Source: an uncultured Bacteroidota bacterium (GTDB lineage Bacteria > Bacteroidota > Bacteroidia > UBA4408). From it: 64,000 nt of DNA. The stretch's first letter is position 1, and each line of letters opens with the position of its first letter. The translations under genes and the position numbers were made by a program. Below, one piece after another: positions 1 through 7,995 of this stretch. The notes below the pieces were generated by a model. The model made no database searches. It saw nothing but the letters and a program-made list of their open reading frames with translations, and was not told the DNA's origin. The stretch lies in assembly GCA_903831265.1 (NCBI GenBank), contig CAIKXD010000068.1, positions 5,198 through 69,197 of the forward strand, given 5' to 3'.

Positions 1-58
1 TTCAATTCATTGGACTATTACAAAAACCTTATCGGTATAAAACAAATTTGGGCCATTG
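1..58. repeat. ~58-nt sequence (ttcaattcattggactatta...atcggtataaaacaa) repeated at 18495-18558
   Basis: Direct reading: window 1-58 aligns with 18495-18558. Blocks 'ttcaat', 'attggactatt' and 'atcggtataaaacaa' are shared, with small indels between them. Confidence 0.6.
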
Positions 59-306
59 CTTATTTAGCATCGGTTTAATTTCGAAATAGCTCGCTTTTAC
101 TTTACTTCAATGTAGTTGATGATTTCACAGTATGATTAAAAATTTGGTGGATTGCTGATTGATAGGGCGTAATTTGAGATAAAGTTGCTTTTGTTATTAT
201 GTTAGTACACAGGATATTGCCTATATAATGTTTAAAGAATAAGCATAAAAGTTAAACAAAAACACAAAAAGTGTTAAGATGTTTTTCATTTTGTTTAAAA
301 TAAACG

Positions 307-314
307 TACATTTG
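307..314 (+). promoter_or_regulatory. Bacteroidota sigma-A -7 box TACATTTG (TAnnTTTG), 20 nt upstream of the ECF sigma ATG
   Basis: Exact match to the TAnnTTTG consensus, positioned just 5' of the 335 start codon. Confidence 0.4.
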
Positions 315-334
315 TTCCACAAAATAAAAAAGGC

Positions 335-838
335 ATGTCAACAATAGAATTCAACAACCAAGTTTTAAATTTCAAATCTGCTTTAGGATATTTCGCCTTG
401 AGTCTTACTTCAAATTCAGAAGATGCAAAAGATTTGTTACAAGATACCTTAGTAAAGGCAATAGTTTATAAAGATAAGTTTACCGATGCAACCAATTTAA
501 AAGCTTGGTTATACACCATCATGAAAAATACCTTTATAAACAACTATAGAAGGTCGGTTAAAGTAAATCAGATCATAGACAATACAAAAGATTTGTATTT
601 TATGAACATTCCACAAAATAGTGGAGTGTCCTCGCCTGTATCTCAAATATCAATCAAGGATATCAATAAGTCAATAGATGGTCTTAGCGAAGATTTAAAA
701 GTGCCTTTTCAGATGTTTTTTGAAGGCTATAAGTATAAAGAAATTGCCGATAGATTCGATTTGCCAATTGGCACTGTTAAGAGTAGAATATTTTTGGCAA
801 GAAAACAATTAATGAATGAGTTGAAAGATTTCAGATAA
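335..838 (+). CDS. RNA polymerase ECF-type sigma-70 factor
   Basis: 167 aa. Region-2-like N-terminus. C-terminal region-4 helix-turn-helix 'LPIGTVKSRIFLARKQL'. Size is typical of the sigma-24/ECF family. Confidence 0.85.
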   Translation: MSTIEFNNQVLNFKSALGYFALSLTSNSEDAKDLLQDTLVKAIVYKDKFTDATNLKAWLYTIMKNTFINNYRRSVKVNQIIDNTKDLYFMNIPQNSGVSSPVSQISIKDINKSIDGLSEDLKVPFQMFFEGYKYKEIADRFDLPIGTVKSRIFLARKQLMNELKDFR

Positions 839-871
839 ATAGCTAAATTTGTCGTTTAGGCCATTTATTAA

Positions 872-2362
872 TTGATTAACATGCACAAAAAAAAGGTAGT
901 CGTGATAGGTTCTGGCTTTGCAGGCCTCTCTGCGGCTTGTTTTATGGCCAAAAATGGTCATGAAGTTACTGTTTTAGAAAAAAATTCAACAGCAGGTGGA
1001 AGGGCAAGAAAATTTGAAGCCGATGGATTTTTATTTGATATGGGGCCAAGTTGGTATTGGATGCCTGATGTGTTTGAAAGATTTTTTGCTCAGTTTGGTA
1101 AAAAAGTTGATGAATATTACGATTTAGTTCGCTTAAATCCTTCATATCAGGTAATTTTTAGCACAACAGAAAAGTGGAACATTCCTTCCGAAGTGGAAGA
1201 TCTTGCAGCTTTCCTCGAGTCTATTGAAACCGGGGCAGGTAGCAAGTTGAAACTATTCTTAAAAGAAGCGTCAATAAAGTACCAAGTTGGCATGAATGAT
1301 TTGGTATACAAGCCTGGATTAAGTTTTACCGAATTTATGAGCGTTGATTTCTTTAAAGGCCTATTAAAATTAGACTTGTTTACATCACACTCTAAGCACG
1401 TTAGAAAATATTTTAAAAATCCCAAAATTATCAGTCTTCTTGAGTTTCCGGTTCTTTTTTTAGGGGCCAAACCACAAGACACTCCATCTTTATATAGTTT
1501 AATGAATTATGCCGATATGCAACTAGGAACTTGGTATCCTATGGGAGGCATGCACAAGATAGTTGAAGGAATGGTTGATTTAGCTTCTTCCTTGGGAGTT
1601 GAAATTAATTGCGATCAAAATGTTACGGGCTTTGAAACCCAATCAGGAATTGTTACCCACGTAAAAACATCGAACAAAAACTATAGTTGCGATGTGGTTA
1701 TTGCAGGTGCCGACTATCACCATGTAGATCAAGAAATACTTGATATAAAACATAGAAATTATACAGCAACCTACTGGGATAAGCGCACAATGGCTCCATC
1801 ATCTCTATTGTTTTATTTAGGTATTGATAAAAAAATAGAAGGTTTGTTGCATCATAATTTGTTTTTTGATGAAGATTTTGGTCAACATGCAATAGAAATA
1901 TATGATGAACCACAATGGCCTACAAAGCCATTGTTTTATGCTTGTTGTCCTTCAATAACCGATGCTTCTGTTGCACCTGTGGGAAAGGAGAATTTATTTA
2001 TATTAATACCGGTAGCTCCTGGCATTGAAGATACAGATGCTACGCGTGAAAAATATTTTAACATGGTGATAAAACGTTTGGAGCATTTAACGGGGCAAAT
2101 AATATTACCGCACATTATCTATAAAAAAAGTTACGCCCACAACGATTTTATTGCCGATTATAACTCTTTTAAAGGGAATGCTTATGGTTTGGCCAATACA
2201 TTAAATCAAACTGCGATTTTAAAACCAAGTATAAAAAGTAAGAAGCTGAGTAATTTATATTTCACCGGGCAGCTAACTGTTCCTGGTCCTGGTGTTCCTC
2301 CTTCTCTAATTTCTGGAGAAGTTGTAGCAGATGAAATTATTAAAAATTTATCATTGAACTAG
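872..2362 (+). CDS. crtI: phytoene desaturase (CrtI family)
   Basis: N-terminal FAD/NAD Rossmann motif 'VVVIGSGFAGLSAA...VTVLEKNSTAGGRA'. 496 aa. Sits directly upstream of a phytoene synthase gene. Confidence 0.9.
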   Translation: MINMHKKKVVVIGSGFAGLSAACFMAKNGHEVTVLEKNSTAGGRARKFEADGFLFDMGPSWYWMPDVFERFFAQFGKKVDEYYDLVRLNPSYQVIFSTTEKWNIPSEVEDLAAFLESIETGAGSKLKLFLKEASIKYQVGMNDLVYKPGLSFTEFMSVDFFKGLLKLDLFTSHSKHVRKYFKNPKIISLLEFPVLFLGAKPQDTPSLYSLMNYADMQLGTWYPMGGMHKIVEGMVDLASSLGVEINCDQNVTGFETQSGIVTHVKTSNKNYSCDVVIAGADYHHVDQEILDIKHRNYTATYWDKRTMAPSSLLFYLGIDKKIEGLLHHNLFFDEDFGQHAIEIYDEPQWPTKPLFYACCPSITDASVAPVGKENLFILIPVAPGIEDTDATREKYFNMVIKRLEHLTGQIILPHIIYKKSYAHNDFIADYNSFKGNAYGLANTLNQTAILKPSIKSKKLSNLYFTGQLTVPGPGVPPSLISGEVVADEIIKNLSLN

Positions 2363-2363
2363 A

Positions 2364-3206
2364 ATGGACCAGATTGCTTTATATAACCAAAACAGTTTTA
2401 ATTGTAGTAAGATAACCACACAGATTTACAGCACTTCTTTTTCATTAGGAATTTTGTCATTAAATAAAAAGTTTCGTGACCCTATATATGGAATATATGG
2501 ATTTGTAAGGTTTGCAGATGAAATAGTGGATACATTCCATGAGCACAAAAAGGAAGAATTAATAGAGCGATTTGAGCAAGATACTTATACAGCAATAAAA
2601 GAGAAAATAAGTTTGAACCCAATATTGCATAGCTTTCAATTGGTGGTAAACGAATATAACATTGAACACGATTTGATTGCTCAGTTTTTGAAAAGTATGA
2701 AAATGGATTTGCAGCAAAAAGATTATGAGCAGCAAAGCTTTGAAACTTACATTCTTGGATCTGCAGAAGTTGTTGGATTGATGTGTTTGCGCGTTTTTAC
2801 AGAAGGAAGTCAAGATTATTATAAGCAGTTAAAGCCTCAAGCAATGCGCTTGGGTTCGGCTTTTCAAAAGATAAACTTTTTACGTGATTTAAAGGCCGAT
2901 TACTTCTCTTTAGGCCGTGCCTATTTTCCAGGTTTTGAGCTAGATAAGTTTAATGAGCAAAAAAAGAAACAAATAGAGCTAGATATTGAAAAAGATTTTG
3001 AAGCTGGATTGGAAGGTATAAAAAAATTGCCTTACGGTGCAAGGTTTGGCGTTTATGTAGCTTATGTATATTACTACGCGTTGTTTGCAAAAATAAAATC
3101 ACTTTCGGCCAGTAACATACTTACAGAGCGCATTAGAATACCTGATTTAAGGAAATATTTACTTATTGTGCGCTGCTATTTTAAGCATGCATTAAATTTA
3201 ATATAA
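2364..3206 (+). CDS. crtB: phytoene synthase (squalene/phytoene synthase family)
   Basis: 'YSTSFSLGI...YGFVRFADEIVD' and 'YILGSAEVVGLM' match the trans-isoprenyl diphosphate synthase head-to-head signatures. Start is 2 nt after the crtI stop. Confidence 0.85.
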   Translation: MDQIALYNQNSFNCSKITTQIYSTSFSLGILSLNKKFRDPIYGIYGFVRFADEIVDTFHEHKKEELIERFEQDTYTAIKEKISLNPILHSFQLVVNEYNIEHDLIAQFLKSMKMDLQQKDYEQQSFETYILGSAEVVGLMCLRVFTEGSQDYYKQLKPQAMRLGSAFQKINFLRDLKADYFSLGRAYFPGFELDKFNEQKKKQIELDIEKDFEAGLEGIKKLPYGARFGVYVAYVYYYALFAKIKSLSASNILTERIRIPDLRKYLLIVRCYFKHALNLI

Positions 3207-3207
3207 A

Positions 3208-3768
3208 ATGGTTAGGTTTTTTTATTTTGCTTTTATTTTACTCACTAATACTTTATTGAGTGCAAGTAACATGAATGATATAAAACAACTGAGACAGGAA
3301 TTTAATTTAGCTATTGAAGACAGTAAAAAAGCAAGTAATTTATATGAAGAATTGTTGAAATTGAAACCTGCTATTAATACGCTTCAGTATGCCTATTTAG
3401 GAGCTACAGAAGCTCTTTTGGCTAAACATAGCTTTAATCCTTTTTCAAAATTGAGTTATGTAAACAACGCACTAACCAAGCTAAATAAAGCAGTAGCATT
3501 AAGCGACAACAATATTGAAATTAGATATATGCGTTTTTCAGTGGAAGCCAATATGCCGGCCTATTTAGGATATAGCAAACATGTGGTAGATGATAAAAAC
3601 ATATTGATAAAAGGATTAAAAAGCGCACTCATTAGCAAAGATAATAGTGAAATGTATATTGTTTTTGCCAATGGAATAATGACAAGTAACCATTGCAGCA
3701 AAGACGAGAAAATATTATTAACTAATATAATTGAAGCCTGTAATGAAGCTAAATTAATTAAAAAGTAA
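3208..3768 (+). CDS. hypothetical protein with N-terminal signal/anchor, co-transcribed with crtIB
   Basis: ORF begins 2 nt after the crtB stop. Hydrophobic N-terminus. No family recognised. Confidence 0.4.
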   Translation: MVRFFYFAFILLTNTLLSASNMNDIKQLRQEFNLAIEDSKKASNLYEELLKLKPAINTLQYAYLGATEALLAKHSFNPFSKLSYVNNALTKLNKAVALSDNNIEIRYMRFSVEANMPAYLGYSKHVVDDKNILIKGLKSALISKDNSEMYIVFANGIMTSNHCSKDEKILLTNIIEACNEAKLIKK

Positions 3769-3772
3769 AACC

Positions 3773-4618
3773 ATGTTAAATCTAAATCTTACGATCGATA
3801 GTCACTCAGGATTTTGCTTCGGAGTTGTGTATGCTATAGAAATGGCAGAAGAAATATTGGAGACACAAGGATATCTCTATTGCTTAGGCGATATAGTACA
3901 TAATGATGAAGAGGTAAATAGGCTCAAAAAATTGGGTTTGCTAACAATAGATCACCAAAAACTTGCTACCCTTAAAAATGAATATGTTCTAATTCGTGCA
4001 CATGGCGAACCCCCATCTACCTATCAAACAGCCATTGAAAATAATATTACACTTATTGATGCTACCTGTCCAGTAGTACTTAAACTTCAAAATAGAATTA
4101 GAAAATCTTTCGATAACAAAGAGAATATATTTTTATTTGGCAAACAAGGACATGCAGAGGTTGAAGGTTTAATGGGACAAATACAAAACAAAGGAGTTGT
4201 TTTTGCAGATGTTGATGATTTGAATAAAGCTGAAGTGCCTCAAGAAGTTACGATTTACACGCAAACCACAAAAAGCAAACAACGTTTTCATGAAATTACC
4301 AACATCCTTCGTGAAAGGGGAATTAAAGTTAGCGCACATGATACCATTTGTACGCAAGTAGCCGACCGAGATAATGAGTTAAGGAAGTTTGCCACCAGAT
4401 TTGATAAAGTGGTGTTTGTTGCTGGAACCAAATCTAGCAATGGAAAGGTGCTATATAATGTTTGTAAAGAAGTAAATGATCAAACCTATTTTGTTTCCAA
4501 CCAAACCGAACTAAAATTAGAATGGTTTAAACAAGGCGATAAAGTTGGAATTTGCGGTGCAACAAGCACTCCAATGTGGCTGATGGAGGAAATAAAAGGA
4601 GTTTTGGAACAAGCTTAA
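3773..4618 (+). CDS. ispH: 4-hydroxy-3-methylbut-2-enyl diphosphate reductase
   Basis: 281 aa. 'HSGFCFGV' (Cys ligand 1), 'TCPVV', 'GHAEVEG' and 'TICTQV' match the IspH/LytB Fe-S ligand motifs. Confidence 0.9.
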   Translation: MLNLNLTIDSHSGFCFGVVYAIEMAEEILETQGYLYCLGDIVHNDEEVNRLKKLGLLTIDHQKLATLKNEYVLIRAHGEPPSTYQTAIENNITLIDATCPVVLKLQNRIRKSFDNKENIFLFGKQGHAEVEGLMGQIQNKGVVFADVDDLNKAEVPQEVTIYTQTTKSKQRFHEITNILRERGIKVSAHDTICTQVADRDNELRKFATRFDKVVFVAGTKSSNGKVLYNVCKEVNDQTYFVSNQTELKLEWFKQGDKVGICGATSTPMWLMEEIKGVLEQA

Positions 4619-4622
4619 AAAG

Positions 4623-5123
4623 CTACTCTTCAAAATTATCCATCTTTAAAAATTTCCAAATTAAGTTGCTTTCATAGCCTTTAGTTTGTGCAAATAATGC
4701 TATTTTTCTTGCTTTGAGCGGTGTTAGTTTTCCTGTAACACCTGCTCTTTTTTTTTCAAGTACTTTTTTTAAACTTTTTTCATAATCATCATCGGGTATC
4801 TGTAGTAAGGCTTTTTTAATGCAGTATGGTGAAATTTTGTGCAGTTTTAAAGCCTGTGTAATTTTTACTTTTCCCCAATGTTTTATTCGAAATTTTCCTA
4901 GTGTAAGCTGCATCGCAAAACGCTCTTCATTTATAAAGTTGGCACCTATCAATTCTACTATGGCATCTTCAACCTCATTACTATGCAATCCCCATTCAAA
5001 TAGTTTATTTCTAATTTCTTGTTGCGATCTTTCTTGATAGGCGCAATGCTTTTGCGCTTTAAGCAATGCACTTTTATAATCAAGAAATATTTTTTTAGAT
5101 TCCATAAGTGACACAGTAAACAA
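4623..5123 (-). CDS. recX: regulatory protein RecX
   Basis: ~160 aa. Repeated three-helix pattern '...CAYQERSQQEIRNKLFEWGL...'. Size and composition are typical of RecX. The start may instead be the Met at codon 7. Confidence 0.65.
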   Translation of the reverse strand: MFTVSLMESKKIFLDYKSALLKAQKHCAYQERSQQEIRNKLFEWGLHSNEVEDAIVELIGANFINEERFAMQLTLGKFRIKHWGKVKITQALKLHKISPYCIKKALLQIPDDDYEKSLKKVLEKKRAGVTGKLTPLKARKIALFAQTKGYESNLIWKFLKMDNFEE

Positions 5124-5262
5124 TCTTGAAAAAGCTCTTTTTGAAACGAAGTGTAATTTAAACTTTGAAAATAGTTTTTTTAAAAGATGATTCTAGTGAA
5201 ATTAAAAATCACTAACTAGAATAAAAAGTACTCAATGAAAAATTTAATTTTGTTTAGCAAAA

Positions 5263-6141
5263 CTATAAGTTAGCAATAGCTAATTCCAATTGAGCAAAAA
5301 CATTTTGATTTACATTTACCAGAGGTAATCTTACAGTATCGCCACAAACATTCAACATTTTTAGCGCAGCTTTTATACCGCCTGGATTTCCGTCTGCAAA
5401 AAGCAAATCGGTAATACCAGTTAGTTTATAATGTAAATGACGTGCTTCTTCAAAATTGCCTTGCAAGCATAAATTTACCATTTGAGCGTAATCTTTGGTA
5501 AAAGCATTGGCTGTAACAGAAATTACGCCCCAGCCACCAGCAGCAATTATTGGTAAAGTAAGGTTGTCATCGCCAGAAATAACCATAAAATTATCAGGCT
5601 TATTTTTAATGATTTGCATAATTTGCTCCATGTTGCCAGATGCTTCTTTTATGCCGCAAATATTAGGTACTTCATGCGCTAAATGCAGGGTAGTTTGAGC
5701 AGTTAAGTTGGAGCCTGTGCGGCCTGGTACATTATACAAAATGATAGGCAAAGCTGAGGCTTTTGCTAACATGGTATAATGTTGTATAATTCCTTGTTGA
5801 GAAGGCTTGTTGTAATATGGCGATACGGAAAGCACCCCAGTAAAGCCATCATAATCAAAGTTTTCTAATTGATAGACTAACTCAACAGTATTGTTTCCAC
5901 CAATGCCAATTACAAGAGGAACACGGCCCGCATTTTTATTTTTAATGCAATTGATTACTTCTTTTTTTTCTGAAGTTGATAATGTGGCTGTTTCGCCCGT
6001 GGTGCCAAGTACCACAATATAATTTATGCCCTGTGTAATTAGGCGTTCAACCAAATTTTCTAATCCATTAAAATCAATATTTCCATTCTGTAAAAATGGG
6101 GTTACAATAGCTACGCCTGTTCCTTTAAGTTTGTTTTGCAT
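5263..6141 (-). CDS. dapA: 4-hydroxy-tetrahydrodipicolinate synthase
   Basis: 'GTGVAIVTPF', 'VLGTTGE', 'GVISV'. 292-aa DapA/NAL TIM-barrel lyase. Confidence 0.9.
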   Translation of the reverse strand: MQNKLKGTGVAIVTPFLQNGNIDFNGLENLVERLITQGINYIVVLGTTGETATLSTSEKKEVINCIKNKNAGRVPLVIGIGGNNTVELVYQLENFDYDGFTGVLSVSPYYNKPSQQGIIQHYTMLAKASALPIILYNVPGRTGSNLTAQTTLHLAHEVPNICGIKEASGNMEQIMQIIKNKPDNFMVISGDDNLTLPIIAAGGWGVISVTANAFTKDYAQMVNLCLQGNFEEARHLHYKLTGITDLLFADGNPGGIKAALKMLNVCGDTVRLPLVNVNQNVFAQLELAIANL

Positions 6142-6142
6142 G

Positions 6143-6694
6143 TTATTTTTTTGGATGAATCATGTTTAAGTATTTTTCGGCAAGTGGAATAAAACGCATC
6201 AAGTCTATATTTTCATCAACGCTCAGCATCAAATCGTAATAAGGAGTGTATTTAGGATGTTCTTTACCTACTTTGAATTTAGCTCTTGAAAGTGCTGTTA
6301 CATAAAGCAAAGGCATTTTGAAGTTCATGCATAAGTTTATGAGCAAATCGAAGGGTTCTAAAATAAAATTTTCTACAATAGGATCATTAGGTTTTAGATA
6401 CCATTTAAGTTGTTTGCGCGAAAAAAAATCGTATTCTAATTTAGAGCTCATTAAAGTGGGTTCTTCTTTACCATCATAAAATCCTATGGCTCTAACTTTT
6501 CGTTTATTTTCTTTTAGCTTTTTAATATATTTTTTAACCAATTCAAATTCATCTTTATTGGTGGCATCAAAAATGAGGGCAATGGTTTCAGCTTCTTCAA
6601 AATTAACTGCTACTTTTTTTCTTTCAATAGCTGCAAATTCTTTTTTCAAGAAATATTCACCCGCTCTTTTCTGTGTTTTTTTAACTATGCTCAA
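6143..6694 (-). CDS. hypothetical protein, translationally coupled upstream of dapA
   Basis: 183 aa. Its stop lies 1 nt from the dapA start. Lys/Glu-rich. No family recognised. Confidence 0.45.
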   Translation of the reverse strand: MSIVKKTQKRAGEYFLKKEFAAIERKKVAVNFEEAETIALIFDATNKDEFELVKKYIKKLKENKRKVRAIGFYDGKEEPTLMSSKLEYDFFSRKQLKWYLKPNDPIVENFILEPFDLLINLCMNFKMPLLYVTALSRAKFKVGKEHPKYTPYYDLMLSVDENIDLMRFIPLAEKYLNMIHPKK

Positions 6695-6842
6695 AGCCTA
6701 ATGGTTATTTGAATACAAAATAAAGGTTTTAAATTGAGATTTGGGTGATGTGAAATTAAATTTTGGATTTTTTGCCACAGATTCACAGATTAATTATTTA
6801 AATTAATTAGCTAATCATTACATTCGCTAATCAGCTAATTGT

Positions 6843-7814
6843 TTAGTCAAACGACTGATTGTTTTTACTCGCCTGATCAATCATGGCTTCGTATTCAGCA
6901 GGTGATAAATCGTTATAATAGAAGTTGATTGGATTAATTTTATTGTTGTTTTTTATTACTTCGTAATGCAAATGTGGTGCGGTACTCATTCCTGTACTGC
7001 CAACATATCCAATCACATCGCCTCTTTTAACTTTTTGTCCGCGTCTTACCGCAAAGCGACTCATGTGCCCGTACAAGGTTTTATATCCGTAATTATGATT
7101 AATAACCACATGGTTTCCATAGCCCTGTGCTAAATTATCTGCTGCTTCAACAACACCATCGCCAGTAGCATAAATTGGAGAACCCACAGGCGAAGAAAAA
7201 TCCATTCCAGCATGCAAATGTGTTGTTTTGTAAATAGGATGAGTACGATAGCCAAAGCCAGAAGTCATACTCTTTAAATTTTTATTACTGATGGGCTGTA
7301 TAGCAGGAATACTTGCTAACATCACAGATTTATTATTTGCCAACTTTACTAAATCATCAAACGACTTACTTTGGATATACATTTTTTTTGCAATCTTATC
7401 TAACTTTTGGGTAGTTTCAATAAGCAATTCACTATTGTTTAAACCTTCTAAATCTTTATATCGGTCAACACCACCAAAGCCTGCATTGCGTATTTCAGGT
7501 GGAATCGGCTCGGCTTCAAAAATTACACGATATACATTGTCATCGCGGTTTTCTAAATCGGCCAATACCAAATTCATTTGATTTAAGCGGCTATCAATTA
7601 AATCATATTGATATTTCATGGCTTCTATTTCTCGCTTCAATTGTTTTTCTTTTGGCGAGTCAAAATAAGAATAGGCAAAAAACATGGTTACCGATGCAAA
7701 GGCTAATCCGGTAACTAAAAAGCCTGTAAAGCGCTTAAACCTATCCCAAAACTTTAGCTGTACCTTTTCGTAGGTAAGTGATTTTGTATTGAAATAGAAT
7801 TTAATTTTAGACAT
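6843..7814 (-). CDS. M23 family metallopeptidase with N-terminal membrane anchor
   Basis: 'GNHVVINHNYGYKTLYGHM...GYVGSTGMSTAPHLHYEV' carries the HxxxD/HxH LytM/M23 signature. The longest ORF extends to 7874. I chose the internal start 'MSKIKFYF' at 7814 because it matches the usual Bacteroidota M23 N-terminus. Confidence 0.8.
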   Translation of the reverse strand: MSKIKFYFNTKSLTYEKVQLKFWDRFKRFTGFLVTGLAFASVTMFFAYSYFDSPKEKQLKREIEAMKYQYDLIDSRLNQMNLVLADLENRDDNVYRVIFEAEPIPPEIRNAGFGGVDRYKDLEGLNNSELLIETTQKLDKIAKKMYIQSKSFDDLVKLANNKSVMLASIPAIQPISNKNLKSMTSGFGYRTHPIYKTTHLHAGMDFSSPVGSPIYATGDGVVEAADNLAQGYGNHVVINHNYGYKTLYGHMSRFAVRRGQKVKRGDVIGYVGSTGMSTAPHLHYEVIKNNNKINPINFYYNDLSPAEYEAMIDQASKNNQSFD

Positions 7815-7995
7815 ATTTTTTATATATTTTACTTGTTTGTTAGCAAAATAGAACTCAAAATTAATCAAATACACTAAATTTGCAAGCCTTATTTAAAAAG
7901 CATCCTAATTTTAAAGGTTTTTTTAGCAAAAATTAGGATCGTTAATTGAGTAAATAAAAAGAAAGATAAATAGCATAAAAGCATTAAACATACCT

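Noticed and set aside
1147-1913. Minus-strand ORFs of 111 and 71 aa inside crtI
   Set aside because: They are antisense to a well-supported enzyme gene and have odd composition.
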